Positions 36,001 through 47,100 of a DNA stretch of 64,000 nt are shown here, one piece after another (the stretch's first letter is position 1; every line of letters begins with the position of its first letter). A model generated the notes under the pieces. It had not been told where the DNA came from, did not search any database, and worked only from the letters and a program-made list of their open reading frames with translations. The stretch covers positions 7,294,390 to 7,358,389 of the forward strand of contig CM082580.2 in assembly GCA_040954595.2 (NCBI GenBank), given 5' to 3'. This stretch comes from Balanoglossus misakiensis (lineage: Eukaryota > Animalia > Hemichordata). The position numbers and the translations under genes are program-made.

Positions 36001-39000
36001 CAGAACAAGTTTTCAATTTCCACCACAAAGTGTCGTCTTCTAATTGCAGGAATTTAAACCAGTTTTCACTCCTCGGCAATCCATTAAAAGCATTTTATTT
36101 TAAAAGTAAATAATGTGAGCACATTTCTAAATCCGGTCGAACTGTGACCTTAGAATATGAATTGTTTATAGAGTTAAGTCCCATTCAAAACTTTTAGCTT
36201 TCAAACAGAAGATATTTACTGGTAAAAGCTATCAGAAGATGAAAGAATTGTTTGAGTCATATAAATTCTTTCCACCAATCCAGCATCGAACAGAACAGTC
36301 AGTCAGTGTACCGAGCAGACATGCTCTGGATGATAAAATAGAACCTACCAGCCCCTGACAAGACATCATAGACATCAGGAATATCATATTCCATAAAAAC
36401 AATGTTCCATTTTATAATAAAACTACCAGACAATGTAATTATATCAACAGGATGATTAAATCCGACCACATGTTATTAAGAAGCCATTTCTCAACATCAG
36501 CAAAGCAATTTTTCATAATGATCGCGTTTTCAATTCCCAAGTAAAAACCCTCCATTTTCTCAGAAGTGATTACTCTAAAACGTAATAACACATGATTTTC
36601 AATGATTATGTCTGAAAAACACAATTATCGATCACCTGATACTGCTGTTAGTTCAGAGAAAAGTTGGTAAATGGTCCATTTTTGATTTTAACTTCATGCA
36701 TTATTTGGGGTGTACCGGTAAGTACATACTTATCACAAGATCTACTTAGCTTTTTTTCAGTTTTGAATTTAATAATTTGAGTACCGGTAAATAATGATGC
36801 AGTTAGACTATCTACAAGTACATGTATATGCCCTATCTACAAGTATATTGCAAAACTCTGCAAGTCCTGTCTCATAAAAATGACTTCTGAACACTGAATA
36901 TGATGGGGAAAAATATGTGTTAGTACTGAAGCCACAGATAAGCTACATGTAGAAGACGTCTCTGCTACATCGTGAGATAGATATAAATAATGCTGTGAGA
37001 AAAATATTCTAAGTTTACATACCACATATAGAATGATAATAAGAAAATGAAAAATGTTTTAATATTGTTAGAAAAAATTTAAACTGCCTTGTCAAAAAAA
37101 GAATATTGCAAAAAAACCAGGATTCAGGGTCAGCAACATAAACAAAGGTTTGATTATTTTTCCACTGGATCAACACATCGCCATGCAAACCCTTCAGGAC
37201 TCCCTTTATTTTTCTCTGCTTGTCTCGGTTAAAAAACGTCAAAAACAATTTTGAAGTGCGCCTCCATGATGTTCGAAAAAAAAACTCAAAAGGAGAGTGC
37301 GGTAGTTCTGGTAATTATTACCCGAAGCGAAACGCAGAAGAGATCGGGAAAACCTAAAAAGACACGTATCTAGTTTTTTAAAAAGAAGGTTGGGGTGGGA
37401 GCAAAAGCTGAAGCAGCCGGGGGAAAGGGGAAGAGGGGAGGTTAGTGAAATTTTATTTAACAGCATAGAGATATTAAGGGTGCTTTGCTTGAGACGTTAC
37501 TTTTAAATATGAATATTTTTTTTAAAGACAAAAAAAAAGGGTATACATGTATCTGGGGATACTACCTACCTTTGCGGCACTATTTAGAGGAGCACTCCGA
37601 TTAATGGATACTTTCTTTTCATGTGAGAAGAAAAGTGGGGTACACATTAATCCACCAAGAATACACAAAGATTACACAGCCTAAAAAATATATAGCCACT
37701 GACAAAGTTCTATCGGCACACACAGAAGGAAGAAAAAAAAACATATGTCACCGTTAAACAGATAGTTCAGATAGCATGCCATTAGATACTCGGAGAGAGA
37801 TGTCGTTGAAGTTTAGAAGAAAAAGAGAAGACGGTGTGGAAAGAAAGAAAGAAAGATAGAGAGAAGGAAGCGAGTTTAAAGTTACACTGTGGGACACTCT
37901 CCTGGTCAACCGACTGCAACTGCCACTTGTAGGGAACACGCAGCGAGGGGGTGAAAGAGACTCCGTTTACGTACCTGCGCGACTTTCTCGCCGACGTTGT
38001 GGGTGGCGTCCTTGACGGGCTGAAAGAACTTGTTGGCGGGGTGGTTGGGGGGCGTGCCGCCGGACAGGTGCTCCTTGCGGAATGGCTGGGCGGAGTGCCT
38101 GGCCAGGTCGGAGAGGCTGGCCGACACCTTGTTGATGCGGTGCCGCATCAGGTCCGAGTCGGAGATGGCGTTGCACAGGTTCGTCTTGAGGTGGTTGCCT
38201 GTCACTAAGGGGAGAACAGTTAACGACGGCGTGAGTTGCCATGACAACATCCACCCCTGTCTGAGAAACGCCCTACTGACCATGATTCAAGGATCGAAGT
38301 ACTTGGTTTTCTTACAAGAATTTCTTCATAGCTTTGAAATTGGCAGAGCCAAACTTTTAAATCACTACTTCCATCTCAAAAAGTGCTGAAATTCATAATG
38401 TTTAGGTACCACAACATTAAAGTTTGGTTGGATATGTTCTTTTCAGGATAGAAAGCAGAATACTTCTATGTGTAGAGTAAGTGTATAATAAACTACATCC
38501 ATTAGAGCGCCCTCTAACAAGAAGGTATGATTTTTTTTTCTCCCTGGAGCGAGCATGCATGATTTTTATGCAACTTAATGGCAAAATAGAGAAACTGTCT
38601 TTATATGGCCCTTTCCATATAATATGAACAATTTCACAAATCATGGTGAAAGTTTTACGGCAGTGGTGCACGATATTTGTTCAGAGAGCATGTGGATATG
38701 CCACAGAATATAAGTTCATGGTATTCATGCAAGACATTTATGTGTGTAGGTTTTCTTAACCCAAAGTACGGGATTTTTCAGTTATTTTATTATTGACTGT
38801 TCTTAAAAAATATATATTAGCAATCAACTTACTTTTACTGACTGATGCAGCCTTTGGTTTCTCCTTCTCGGCACACTCTAGCGACGACGCCCGTCGTACG
38901 CTCCCCCGACTTTTGATACTGTGGTTCGACCACGAGGAGCTCAAGTTCGAGGGCGACCTCGCCAGTTTCTCCTTCTCGAACCGGGTGCTACAACTTTCCA

Positions 39001-41795
39001 GCTGCGAGTTGTCCAGCGACAGGCGTTTCTGGTTCAAGTTCGGCGTGGTACTGCGCTCGATCATGAAGTCGGGCTTTTTGTCGCCGAGTTGATCGTATGT
39101 AAATGACTTGCTGTCAGTCTCATTCTCTGGAATCGTGTCCGTCCTCCGACCGACGGGCGGCGTGTTGGCGGGAAGCTCCCGGCCCGGGGGGATCAAGTTC
39201 AGGAGGGGCACGGAAGAGTCGGGCTCGCCGACGGGCGGATTTTCCGGGTCCTTGCTCAGGTTCAGGTTGAGTCCCTTCTGCTGACGATAGAGCGAGGGCA
39301 ACCGGAGACGGAATGTCCTGTGGTTGTCTGCGGAGGAAGAAGGAAGGAAACATAATTATTTCATTTCATATTTTATTTTTATAGTACACACTATACACTA
39401 TAATAGAGTGCTGTAAGGTGCAGTAAATTCCTTTGAAAATTGTAACATCAACAGTAACTGCAATTACAAAAGGAGAAATGTTAAAATGTCTTTCACTATA
39501 GATTTGCCAATTGGTACATTTGTAGAAATTTCTTTTAATCCCAACCTTTACATGTCACATAGATATTTATCTTGCATCCCCAGTGGTTTTGTAGAGTCAC
39601 TAGTGGCATGTCATATTAAGGTCGTTTAAGGGCACAGTAATCATTGAAGGATCAAAACAAACAGTATATATTAACCATGCAGGTAACAAAACCACACTGC
39701 TATGTCTCCAATGACAGCTCTTATCAGGAAGAGAATTAAAACAAAATGGCCACTATCTTTCAGTTTCTGGAAGCTAAAAAGTCTATATATTCTGAAACAC
39801 GAGGTCAGAGGGCGATGAGGTGATCCCAAGCGACCGACACAGAACTAATACTCAGAGTTACTTAAACTACAGAAGGGAACGATAGCCCAGAGGACCCTAT
39901 TCTGCAAACTACCTGGAAACGTTACACCAAACAGTCATAAAAACAGCCCTGACTGACTGGTAATAAAACTCTTCTGACCAAGAGCTTAGTGGAAATTAAA
40001 AGCAGGAGCTTTCAGCCGCCTACTCTGCGACCTTTGCAATGTGACCCACTTTCTCGGCAGAACTGGATCATTTGAAGAGAACACCTGGAGAAGATGTGAT
40101 GATAACCTGCCCTGAGTATGTCGTGGGAACAAAATAAATGTCTTTGAAAACCAAGAAGTCAGAGTCTTCTGATCTATTATCTTGTTAAATGTTTTATTGA
40201 AATCGTTTCTTTTCATGCCAACAAAATCGTTCTATCATGATTACTGCGGAGAGTGTTTTTGACACAAGTCAGCACAGCGCAACCACGTTCACTGAATTTC
40301 AACAACTCAAAATACAAATAGCATGGGCGAGAAAAATATTATTTTTGGGGGAATGATGAAATAATTATTTTTGAATGGTTCACTAGCATACAATTAAAAT
40401 TATGATTTTAGTTCATGGTAAACATTGTGATAACACCCAGCTTATGGCACAAAATTACATTTATCTTCATTACGCAGAATTTTGAACACTTGATGTGATA
40501 GTACGCAGATCATCTCACAAAATTAATAAAATATGTGTAAAGAAGTGCAACACTGGCCACAGAGGGCGCAGTGTCCCACACCGCCAGGGACAAAGTTGCC
40601 AACTGCACTTTTGACAATGTTTTGGTTATTGGTAAAATAGGTTGTTCTGATCAGTGAAATATACGCAACGATACACTCAACACCCAAACAGTTTTTTCTA
40701 CTGACCAAAAAATAAAAAGTCGTTTTTCATAGTTTATATCTGGATACAGGATGTGAGTTAACCCTTTAACCACCATGGTTCAGTCTAAACCCATAATTGT
40801 TTTCTATGGTAAGGTCGGACTTCTAACAACGGAACTGGGGGTGAAAGGATTAACTTGAGTTGTGACAACCAATCATTAAAAAGCAAGGCTACATGCAGCT
40901 ACAAATATTCCACAACACTCAGACGTTCAGCAAACTCTCCTTTTTCCTGTGACTTCATTATTCAAGGCCATTGACTTCGCGTCTGCACCATTAACGGGAC
41001 AAATTTGGCACGCATTCATCACCCAGAAGAATACGAACCATCCGTTGCCGTCGGTTACACTTTGCCGTTTCGCCTCTTAAAGAAATGTCCGTCCCTATCA
41101 CACTCAGGGATTAGTCCATGCATTAACTACTCATACTGAAGGACATGAACTGGGTTGTTGCACTGGAAGAACCCCGGCATATATGACACTGCTCTGTATA
41201 GCTGCATGACTTTATACTTAAACATTACAGAAAACTTACTCCAAAGGACAATAAATAGAAATCATATATTATTTGTTTTCTGGGCATGATTGACAGGTTC
41301 TAATTATTTTTGCTCAGTCTATACTTACAAAAACGTTCAGATTCTTCATTTTTGACAGGCACGTTATTTTTTTCTCTGCTACAAATGCCAGAGAATTCCA
41401 TCGCCATAACGTTTAACTGCACATCAAGTTTACGGTGCAATTAAGTTTCATTACAATAAAACGAAAGTCACATAAATATATCTTGGCAACTGTACTTACT
41501 GAGTGTATGTGTGTGGGGGGAGGGGGGGTGGCTCGTTTGAAAGTAAAATGATCAAAGCTAACGAGGTAAAATAATAGAAAGCGAGAGACACCCAACAGAG
41601 TCGTGATTTCCAAGGACATCAGCTCAGACTTACTCCGTGATCTTTTCCACCTGTATCCGGTATTTGCAGTGGGGCTATTTGCATCTTCCCGCATAGGCGC
41701 GTCAGTGACGTCTTCGTAGTTCAGGATGTACATGACGACCTCATCGTTCTCGTTCTTCACAGGCGCTATGAGTACACTGCATAAGAATGTAATTC
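10705..41795 (-). CDS. KCNH2: ERG-subfamily voltage-gated potassium channel (KCNH2/6/7 co-orthologue, seizure-like), 5'-partial
   Basis: complement(join(10705-11813,13597-13863,14160-14253,14604-14797,15117-15369,17299-17498,19484-19883,21016-21474,37975-38204,38833-39327,41634-41795)); all GT-AG and frame-consistent. Shows PAC end, S1-S6, S4 [20 protein letters not shown], filter [10 protein letters not shown]-linker/CNBHD and a C-terminal coiled coil. PAS exons are absent from the window. Confidence 0.95.
12686..12760 (-). other. Candidate 75-nt cassette exon of ERG
   Basis: ctgatcccccctag| acceptor, G|gtttgt donor, open in the phase-1 frame required by both neighbours. Confidence 0.35.
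13597..13863 (-). CDS. KCNH2: ERG C-terminal exon (alternative in-frame donor at 13627)
   Basis: cctcaag|AG AAA AGA; [16 protein letters not shown]; donors G|gtaaga (13597) and G|gtagct (13627). Confidence 0.75.
14160..14253 (-). CDS. KCNH2: ERG post-CNBHD exon (hERG exon 11 equivalent)
   Basis: gacag|GAG GAC; [31 protein letters not shown]; donor G|gtatgt; not in the ORF track. Confidence 0.8.
14604..14797 (-). CDS. KCNH2: ERG CNBHD exon 2
   Basis: [34 protein letters not shown]; 194 nt. Confidence 0.95.
14892..14936. repeat. (CAT)n microsatellite
   Basis: Visible trinucleotide run with an interruption. Confidence 0.9.
15077..15097. repeat. (CA)n microsatellite
   Basis: Visible run just downstream of an ERG donor (UG repeat in the pre-mRNA). 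Confidence 0.85.
15117..15369 (-). CDS. KCNH2: ERG C-linker/CNBHD exon 1
   Basis: [38 protein letters not shown]; 253 nt. Confidence 0.95.
17299..17498 (-). CDS. KCNH2: ERG S6/C-linker exon
   Basis: [35 protein letters not shown]; 200 nt. Confidence 0.95.
19484..19883 (-). CDS. KCNH2: ERG S4-S5-pore-S6 exon
   Basis: [55 protein letters not shown]. Confidence 0.97.
21016..21474 (-). CDS. KCNH2: ERG S1-S3 exon (hERG exon 6 equivalent)
   Basis: [49 protein letters not shown]. Confidence 0.97.
23968..24022. repeat. (CAT)n microsatellite
   Basis: Visible run; produces spurious poly-Met and poly-Ile ORFs. Confidence 0.9.
26071..26163 (+). mobile_element. piggyBac-like ~90 bp MITE, copy 1
   Basis: TTAA-CCCTTTCACC...GGTGAAAGGC-TTAA; related copies at 40758 and 51727. 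Confidence 0.8.
27463..27501 (-). other. Candidate additional ERG alternative first exon ([13 protein letters not shown]) or end of a 255-nt cassette exon
   Basis: ATG with A at -3, phase-0 donor AAG|gtaacc compatible with the exon starting at 21474. Confidence 0.35.
27877..27886. promoter_or_regulatory. MEF2-consensus site CTATTTATAG overlapping a minus-strand TATA box
   Basis: Exact CTA(W)4TAG match; reads TATAAATAG on -. Confidence 0.4.
28706..28786 (-). CDS. KCNH2: ERG1b-like alternative first coding exon ([27 protein letters not shown])
   Basis: AGG-ATG-G Kozak context, in-frame TAG 27 nt upstream, 27 open codons, consensus phase-0 donor AAA|gtaagt, CpG-rich surroundings. Confidence 0.65.
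29125..29531. mobile_element. Palindromic ~400 bp MITE (Tc1/mariner-like TA-flanked ends)
   Basis: Perfect 77-bp inverted match 29125-29201 / 29455-29531, continuing imperfectly almost to the centre; TA-CCGT...ACGG-TA. Confidence 0.88.
32598..32750. mobile_element. Small MITE, PIF/Harbinger-like ends
   Basis: GGGGGTCAAA...TTTGACCCCC with about 55-bp imperfect TIRs (TTGCATTCTGGGTAAAAGGTC core), flanked by TAA and TAG. Confidence 0.8.
37975..38204 (-). CDS. KCNH2: ERG proximal N-terminal exon (hERG exon 5 equivalent)
   Basis: [25 protein letters not shown] matches hERG STSDSDLVRYR..RTHNVTEKVTQ; donor CAG|gtacgt. Confidence 0.9.
38833..39327 (-). CDS. KCNH2: ERG N-linker exon (hERG exon 4 equivalent)
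   Basis: cgcag|AC AAC CAC; [10 protein letters not shown] and SVRRASSLE match hERG KTFRLKLPAL and SVRRASSAD; donor A|gtaagt. Confidence 0.88.
40758..40853 (+). mobile_element. piggyBac-like ~90 bp MITE, copy 2
   Basis: TTAA-CCCTTTAACCACCATGGTTCAG...GGGGGTGAAAGGA-TTAA. Confidence 0.8.
41634..41795 (-). CDS. KCNH2: ERG PAC-end exon (hERG exon 3 equivalent)
   Basis: tccag|GA ATT ACA; [30 protein letters not shown]; donor A|gtaagt. Confidence 0.92.
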
Positions 41796-43926
41796 CTGGA
41801 GAGAGAAAAAGAGAAAGGGTTTAAGGAACAATACGGCACAGAAAAGCACTGGTCTGTTTAAAACAGACAAATTTACTGATTTTTGACGTTGTTATGATTA
41901 TTATATAGGATCCCTCAAGCTGCAAAACAGATGTACATGTAAGAAGCTTTGACTGCAGCCCTCCCTGTCAACAACAAACTGTTGACATATCACTGTTGTT
42001 CAAACTTCCCCTTCTCTGTCTTCCCATAAAACCCGGTACAATCCCTGGCATCTTGCCTCTAGCAGCCTTGTCTGTTTATTCGGCTCATACAAAACCGCCA
42101 GGGGGCATACACACAAACAGTTTGCTGCCCTCCTGGTCAATCCTATACCCGGAAACATGATTATGTTTGCTTGAAAACACTCTCCAGCTTTCACAGTCAA
42201 CCCACAGGCTATTTGGCTTTTATCACATGCAATCTCCACAGCGCATTTGCAAAATGTTATATGTCACGGCAAAAAAACAATTTCTATAGAGGCCAGTCAA
42301 CTTCACTGAGAGAAACACGTTTATTGAACAATTTTTTTATGACAGAAAATTACTATTGATTCGCACATTTATTACGGGAAGGTGACATTTTTCTGAAGTG
42401 AAGATAATGTCCAAGTGTATAAACCATTACTTGCTAATTGTCAACAAATGAACTTGAGTGCATTTCATCAAATGTGAGAACAAATTAGAAGCTGCAGTCA
42501 ATACACACAATGTTCAAAAAAGGACAAAGGTTACGGGCAATATAATGTAAGTTTAATAATTCTCTTTTACATCCTGTCACTTAAAACTCAAAAGGTGCAT
42601 GGATATAAATAATTCTATGTTTATTGATCTTGAAGGCAGGTTACCATTACGGATACAACCACCTCCACACACTGATTTTTTTATCATCTCTTATAAACCA
42701 ATCAATGCGAACTTGTAAGTTTACAGAATTCATCACCGACATCAAAGGTGGAGTAATTTCTTGTATCGACTAACAGTCATTGTAAGGATTATTGATTACT
42801 ATGTTTTACCTGCATGACATAAAAAATATTTCTCCAGTGGTACTGGTATACCGGTATGTTGAAATACCAGATCAAATTTGTTTCAAATTGTGGACCGATG
42901 AGGACCTCCTCTATGTTGCCACAGATTTTGATCAAATGTTCTATCAACGTCTAGTTAACATTTTATTTTTTGCCCCAGACAGGCATATTTATCATTTTCT
43001 TAAATTTACACATATCCACACAAATCCTAATATCTGCTTGAAGACACTCAAAGCCAATATAACGAGGTGCTAACAGCAAGTTAATTTGTGACAATTGTGG
43101 TACACTAGAAAGCAGATATATCATTAGCAGTTCTGAAATACAAGTCAAACCAATCCCCAGGGCACTTTCTCATTCAGGCAATCTCCCAAACCCATCAAAC
43201 AGGAACTCCAACGTATAAGACTTGTTTTCATTTTTTAATAATTTAAATTTGCCAGCCCCACCGAGGCACCACAATTACTTGGGCGATTTATGGAACGACA
43301 TCCCGGAAGGGAAAACATCAGGGGCTGCAAGTAACAAGTCCCTGATGAGAAGGGAAAGTGGAAGAATATGAATTGGTGGATCATCATTTTAAGTCAGACA
43401 GATACGGAAAGATAAAAATCTAAGTTAGGATTGATTTCTATTCAACTATTACGCTGACAGGCCAGCACTGAGTAACATGAATTCTTAAGATATGTATGTT
43501 AATTTCACATTGTTGTGCAAGAGTCTCTATCTTTTTCTGTAATAAAATATGTGAACTTTTCATTTCCATAAGAACACTGTACCAGAAACAATGTACCAGA
43601 TATTTAATATCCTTATTTACATCAACCTTGCAGGATGATCGATCTATGTTCCTCACAATATCAAAGCAACATCAATATGCACTTTAACATGTGTACATAG
43701 ATGTCAGATTAATCAAGCTCTTATTTTCAAAGCAAGTATATCAAATGATATTAAAGAGAATTAATTAGCAGTCAGGTTCAGGATGACCTATTGTAATTGT
43801 CATTTTTTTCCTATTTGTTCACCTTGAACTATTGGACATGATTTGATACCATTAATCTGCGCTGAAGACTATTAACAGGTCTGGAAATAGAGTATAAATT
43901 TATTTGTGAGGACATCACAAAAACAG

Positions 43927-44126
43927 TTAAAGGGACAAAGTCTCTCTCTCGCTGCACTTTTTCCAATTATGTTTGATACAAGCACAGTCCCTTCACACAG
44001 GACTGTGATACAAGACACCGTTTATTCTCTATATTCCCACATGTAGAATAACATAAACGGTGACTTGTGTCAAACATAATTAATGGAAAAAGGGGCAGCG
44101 AGAGAGCTAGAGCTTTGTCCCTTTAA
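43927..44126. mobile_element. TTAA-flanked ~200 bp MITE (Kolobok-like AG...CT termini)
   Basis: TTAA-AGGGACAAAG...CTTTGTCCCT-TTAA with long imperfect TIRs; half copy at 6179, lone ends near 16417 and 46150. Confidence 0.8.
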
Positions 44127-47100
44127 ACCATATGATGTAGCTTCAGGAATCACAGTGGACTAGATGCTCATTCAGCCGCAACAATATTGACATAAAATCA
44201 CCATCCATAAATGTTTGCTATGGTTATTATCGTAATTAAAATTCAATACACAGACGCCCATAACAACGCTGTCATCCTCTGGCATAAACATCAGACAAAC
44301 CAGTTCATATGCATGACCCAAATACGCAGAAAACGAAGTAAACTAATAAAAATCCAAATAATAGTATCAAAGTTAAGTGCACATTATGAGGTGAGAATGA
44401 CTTCTCGAGTTTCCGTTTTAAAGTGAACTGTGGGTTAATATCCTCGCGTTGAAATTCTAATCACTCTATTTAATTTTCCACTCACATTTTTGAAACACTT
44501 GAAATTTTACACCATATTTAATATCTTGATCTCAACACACTCAACTTACTGTATGGAGCTGTTCCCTTTTGTACGGTGAGGTCATATATGGGACGCGAGT
44601 TTAGTGTGGCCGTTAGGGGAAGGGGGAATCTTTGTATAAGTTTCAAGTGATTGTGACTTATATTTACAATCATTTAACATCTTCATTGTAAAGGATTTGA
44701 ACACACCATTTGTAATGAATCAAAAGTATAGCGGGAAAACCAAACCACATTTTAAATTTATGAAATAAGACTCAAATGGAAATTGATCGCATCCTTTGTT
44801 GGCAAGCGTATATCTTAAGGTGATTTTTCTTCTCACCTAAGGTAGCATGTGTTTAAAGTTCACAATTATTTTTTCCATTACATTTATTAAAATAGAACCA
44901 CAAATCTGTCTATGCAATTTTGCTGATGCAATAACGCCAGAGGTGGCTTGACGTCGGCACACATGCATACACACGTGAGGTGAAGAAAGAGCCACGCGAT
45001 TTCTTCAGATGAGGGCCGCGTAAGAAGTGCCTCTCACAGCTTTTCTGAGGAACACCACATGTCTCCTGATGTTTTCTAGGAAAAATGATGCTCCGACAAA
45101 CAGCATTATTGGAGAACACTAATTAAGAATTATCCACCCCTCATCCCCACCCAAGGGCAATTGCGAGTATATACCACTAGATTCATGTATAGCACAATTC
45201 ACGACAGTGCATGTACATGTATCTGTGGCACTATTGCAGTGATTTTTGCAGAAGTCTAAGGATTTTTTTTAATGGAAATCTATAGAACTCTGTAGAACAG
45301 TTTTCATAAGGGGTGGACAGTTGGCATCCTAACTGGTGTATACAGTTCAATTGTTGTTAACACATTTTAAACACGTACTCGTCGCTTCAGCTTTTTAGTG
45401 CATTTGGTTTCTCAGCTGTTCCATTTACAAAACATGTAGCTGTTTGAATCACAATCCGGGTTTTTTAATAGTTGAAGAGACACATAAAGGTATTACTGGA
45501 GTGGGCTGTCCTGACACTGAGTTAGGACGTGTGACTGTTACTTTACGAGCGAACCACATTGTGTACTCTCCCGTCAGGAGATACAGCTGACACAAAAACC
45601 CTTTTCCAGGAAACAAGACGTCAACGCCCACATCAACACGTCAGGAAGTAGCACATCTGAAAGAAAGTCAAGATTTCTTTTCCCTTCAACTATAGAGACT
45701 ATAGCCCTCGTTTGTGTCTGTCTGCAGCATTCCACTCACGCACAACATCCTACAGGGGAAAATAAATTTCTGCAAAGTACTGACATTTAAGCAAAGGTAG
45801 TTTTTCTGTCAATCTGTCTTGACTTCCTGCAGGTGCACTGGACATGAGTTCACACTTGCTCCCTTCTGTTCCGGGCCATGTATAGGATAATTAATTTTTT
45901 TCTTCAAAAAGACGAATACTTGTCAAAAAATTGACCATTGTTTTTTGTTGACAAGTCACTTAGTGAATTCTGGTCCGGTCTTGAATTTAAATTTTGCACA
46001 AAAACAAAGCTGACTATACACCTATAATTTTGTGTTGATAAGCTAAATGATTGGGCATTCCATCATATTTCAGGAATTTGAACAAGAAAATGCAGTAGAC
46101 ACACAAAACAAAAATACTGATAACAAATCTAAAAGTTACAGCTAATGTCCCTTTAACCCTTTTTTTATTTTTCTCAGTAGTTTTTTTCCTGGTGTTGCTT
46201 GTGAATTACTCTGAACACAAGCGACAATTTCAACCCACGGCTGCAGAATCTGCTGAGAGATAACAGTACACTTTCTCAAATAAGTCTGGCTGGAACGGCT
46301 GATATGTGGCAATCATCGACTCTGATGAAAATCGGCGAATATCAAAGGAAGGTCTTGAAACCTTCTTGCCAGACAGCTGCAGGATTACCCGAAAACCTGT
46401 CTGGCTTTACATGAAATTACGAGTGAAAGTGAAATCCTGTCAAGTGCCCGACAAAAAAAGTGTTTCCCCTCACTTTCAAACTTCTTATTGCTAAAATTGA
46501 ATGTGTCATCGTTGATGACATAGTTCTCACTGTATCCAGTCTAAAAACTTTTATGAGCACCTTTTAAGATGATTCCTCTCGCAATGTTTTAGTTAAAAGG
46601 GTGATCATGAATGCCATCAGAAAATCGTGTGAACTTCAGATGCTTATACTAGCTGCGGTAGTATTGTGATACTGTTGACATTTCAAGTACTTTGAAATTG
46701 AAATGAAAAGATCTTTTTATTTCTCAAACAGATATTAAAAGTCAAGACACAAAATCTGCCAGACATTTATCTAAGACTTGGTGTGTGTGCATGCATGTGT
46801 GTGATATGTGATGGAGAGACAAAAGTCAATGAATTCAACGTCTGACAGAGGAGACATCCATATCAAGACGTATTTTATCGCTCAAATTATGATAATTCAG
46901 ACCATATTGGTATGCAACAAAAACCATCACCCAACCCAACTCTCTAAGGTGTTAACTTTCATGAATACAGAGCACGGCTGCCCCCAAAAAATCCATTTAT
47001 TAGTAGCTAGTGGGCTGTATAACCACGCATCTTGGCTCCTTTCTCGCACACGCTGCTCGGAGTCATTTTCGTTGCAGCTGTAGACTTCGTGTCTCCGGCT

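Noticed and set aside
40554-40573. CTCF-like TGGCCACAGAGGGCGCAGTG
   Set aside because: One-base spacing defect in the core; weak match
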